Shown: piece after piece, positions 62,345 to 64,000 of the stretch
How positions within the stretch are numbered: position 1 is the stretch's first letter
Layout of the letters: each line of letters opens with the position of its first letter
Assembly: GCF_000315625.1 (NCBI RefSeq)
Contig: NW_005434576.1
Location: forward strand, 62,001 to 126,000
Origin: Guillardia theta CCMP2712
Lineage: Eukaryota; Protista; Cryptophyta
Length of the DNA stretch: 64,000 nucleotides
Reading direction: 5' to 3'
Program-made: the position numbers and the translations under genes
The notes under the pieces: model-generated
Database searches by the model: none
Told to the model about the DNA's origin: nothing
The model's input: only the letters and a program-made list of their open reading frames with translations

Positions 62345-64000
62345 CTACTCTTGCTCCTGCTCCTGCTCCTGCTCTTTCTCGTCGAAGCTGAACCAGTTAA
62401 ACACCCTTGGCCTTTCCCCCTCCTCCTGATGCTTCAAGAGGTCTCGTCCTGCCCTGTCCTTCATGGCCACTTGAAGCTCGCTTCGTTGAGCACGACGTCT
62501 TCCGCAGTTAGAAATCTCAACACGTAGGGCGTGCCAGGTGCAGCTCGCAGCATCAAGTTTGCCTGCAATCTTCGTCATCCTCCTCCTCCTCCTCCTCCTC
62601 CTCCTCCTCCTCCTCCCTATCATCATCATCATCATCTTCACCACCACCATCCTCCTCCTCTATCCTCTTCTATCTCGACCTTCCTCTACCTCCCCTCCGC
62701 TCTTTTCCCGCTCCTCCTCTCGCAACTCACATGCTTGTTGCGATTCAATGTGATAGTCTGCTTCCCCGACGATCGCACGTTCTGATTCTCTCCGATCTTG
62801 ATGCTCCCTTGGGGCTCGGCGAGAGACGCTCCCTTCCTGTACAGACCGATCCACATGCCGCTCGAGGCTGCCGCTGCGGGCTGAACGTCCCACTCCACGT
62901 CCACCTGCAACTTCAGAGTCAAATCGCTCTCGAGGACCTTCAATGTCTTTCGCCTTCCTTCTCCTTCCTCCCCCTGGGTTGCGATCCCTGAACTCACCTC
63001 CCTGCGCCCCCTCCACGCTAACCATATTCATCTGCTCCTCTCCTACTCTCCGCTCTATCCCCACTCCCTCCTCCTGCTCCTGCGCCTCCCTGCCATCACC
63101 TCGAGCAACTTGGCATTGTAGCGATAGGCGTATTTCATGGAAACAGAGCCCACAACAACCTCAGCCGTCGCCTGCACCTTTCCGAGTGCCACCATGCCTG
63201 CAAGAAGGTTTCAGGAGGAGGAGTGCAAGAAATGTGTGAGAGAGAGCAGGCTGGGTGAAGGAGGGGAGGCCAGGACGAGGAAAGAGAGCAGAACAAGAAG
63301 AGAGGAGAGGAGGGAGGGAGGGAGGGAGGGAGGGAGGGAGGGAAGGAGGGAGAGAGGTGGGAGGGAGAGAGGTGGCAAGACCTAGAGTGTACGTTGCCGA
63401 TGGGATACCCGAGACGTCCAACGTCACGATCCCTTCCCGCTGACCCTCAACTGTCCCGAGCTTGTACCACGAGTCTCGCTGCTCGTTTTGGAAGAGACCG
63501 AACTCCTGAGAAGCAATGAGACCAGATGAGGGCAAGAAAGGAGACGAAGACGGAGGAGCAGAAAGGAGAGGAGGGTGAGGAGGAAGGGGGTTCTGGAGGA
63601 CTTGGAGGGGGAAGGGGAGGAGGGGAGGAGTAGACGGAGAAGGAGTAGGCGAAGGAGGAGAGGAGGAGGAGAAGGACAAACCTTGGAAGAAGGCGGGTTC
63701 GAGTCCTGCTCGAGAGGCATGCTAAACTCAGCCCTCAAAGTGCTGAAGCACAGGTGGGGAGCGACTAGCCGGACGGGCTGGGGTGTTGTGACGGTCTTGG
63801 CCGCCTCCTCTGCCTGCTGATTGTGCTTTGCCCGCAGCTTCTTCGCCTCTTCCTCGTCTTGCCATCGCTGAGCAAAACGTGTCCTCGATTCGGCAATGAA
63901 CTGAGCCGACAGAAGGTCAGCACTTCTACAACAGGAGGAGGAGGACAGAGGGGGGAGAAGAGGGTGGTGGTGGTGGTGGTGGTGGTGGTGGTGGTGGTGG
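62345..64000 (-). CDS. 3' part of a multi-exon gene of unknown function, runs off the window end
   Basis: Exon fragments (SWYKLGTVEGQREGIVTLDVSGIP; VDVEWDVQP...MWIGLYRKG) separated by microsatellite-rich introns. Confidence 0.45.

Noticed and set aside
63963-64000. (GGT)n at the window end as a telomere
   Set aside because: Appears to lie in an intron of the last gene and resembles the other intronic microsatellites.

Overview
Eukaryotic nuclear DNA, gene-dense, with many short GT-AG introns (44-57 nt where I could measure them), GA/CT-rich microsatellite introns and one 100-N scaffold gap. The intron style and the bipartite (signal + transit) presequences suggest an alga with a complex red plastid, most like a cryptophyte (Guillardia/Hanusia type); this is inference. 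About 22 protein genes are visible. Recognisable ones are a SWIRM chromatin protein, an LRR protein, a two-domain membrane class III cyclase, Mpv17/PMP22, riboflavin synthase, a TLC-domain protein, an NPHP3-like NACHT-TPR protein, ornithine decarboxylase antizyme, HEATR3/Syo1, METTL5, a PDZ protein, MAM33/C1QBP, RtcB and EXO1, plus several coiled-coil proteins. The main finding is the antizyme gene (minus strand, 34165-34810). It is split into ORF1 and a +1-frame ORF2 that meet at UGG-GUU-UGA-C, and a long stem-loop follows immediately, consistent with a programmed +1 ribosomal frameshift cassette. The second is an RtcB with a signal peptide and two ubiquitin-tail-like LRGG motifs, a candidate periplastid/nucleomorph tRNA ligase. 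No rRNA, tRNA, CRISPR or clear mobile element was seen. Multi-exon gene boundaries were assembled by eye and are approximate.
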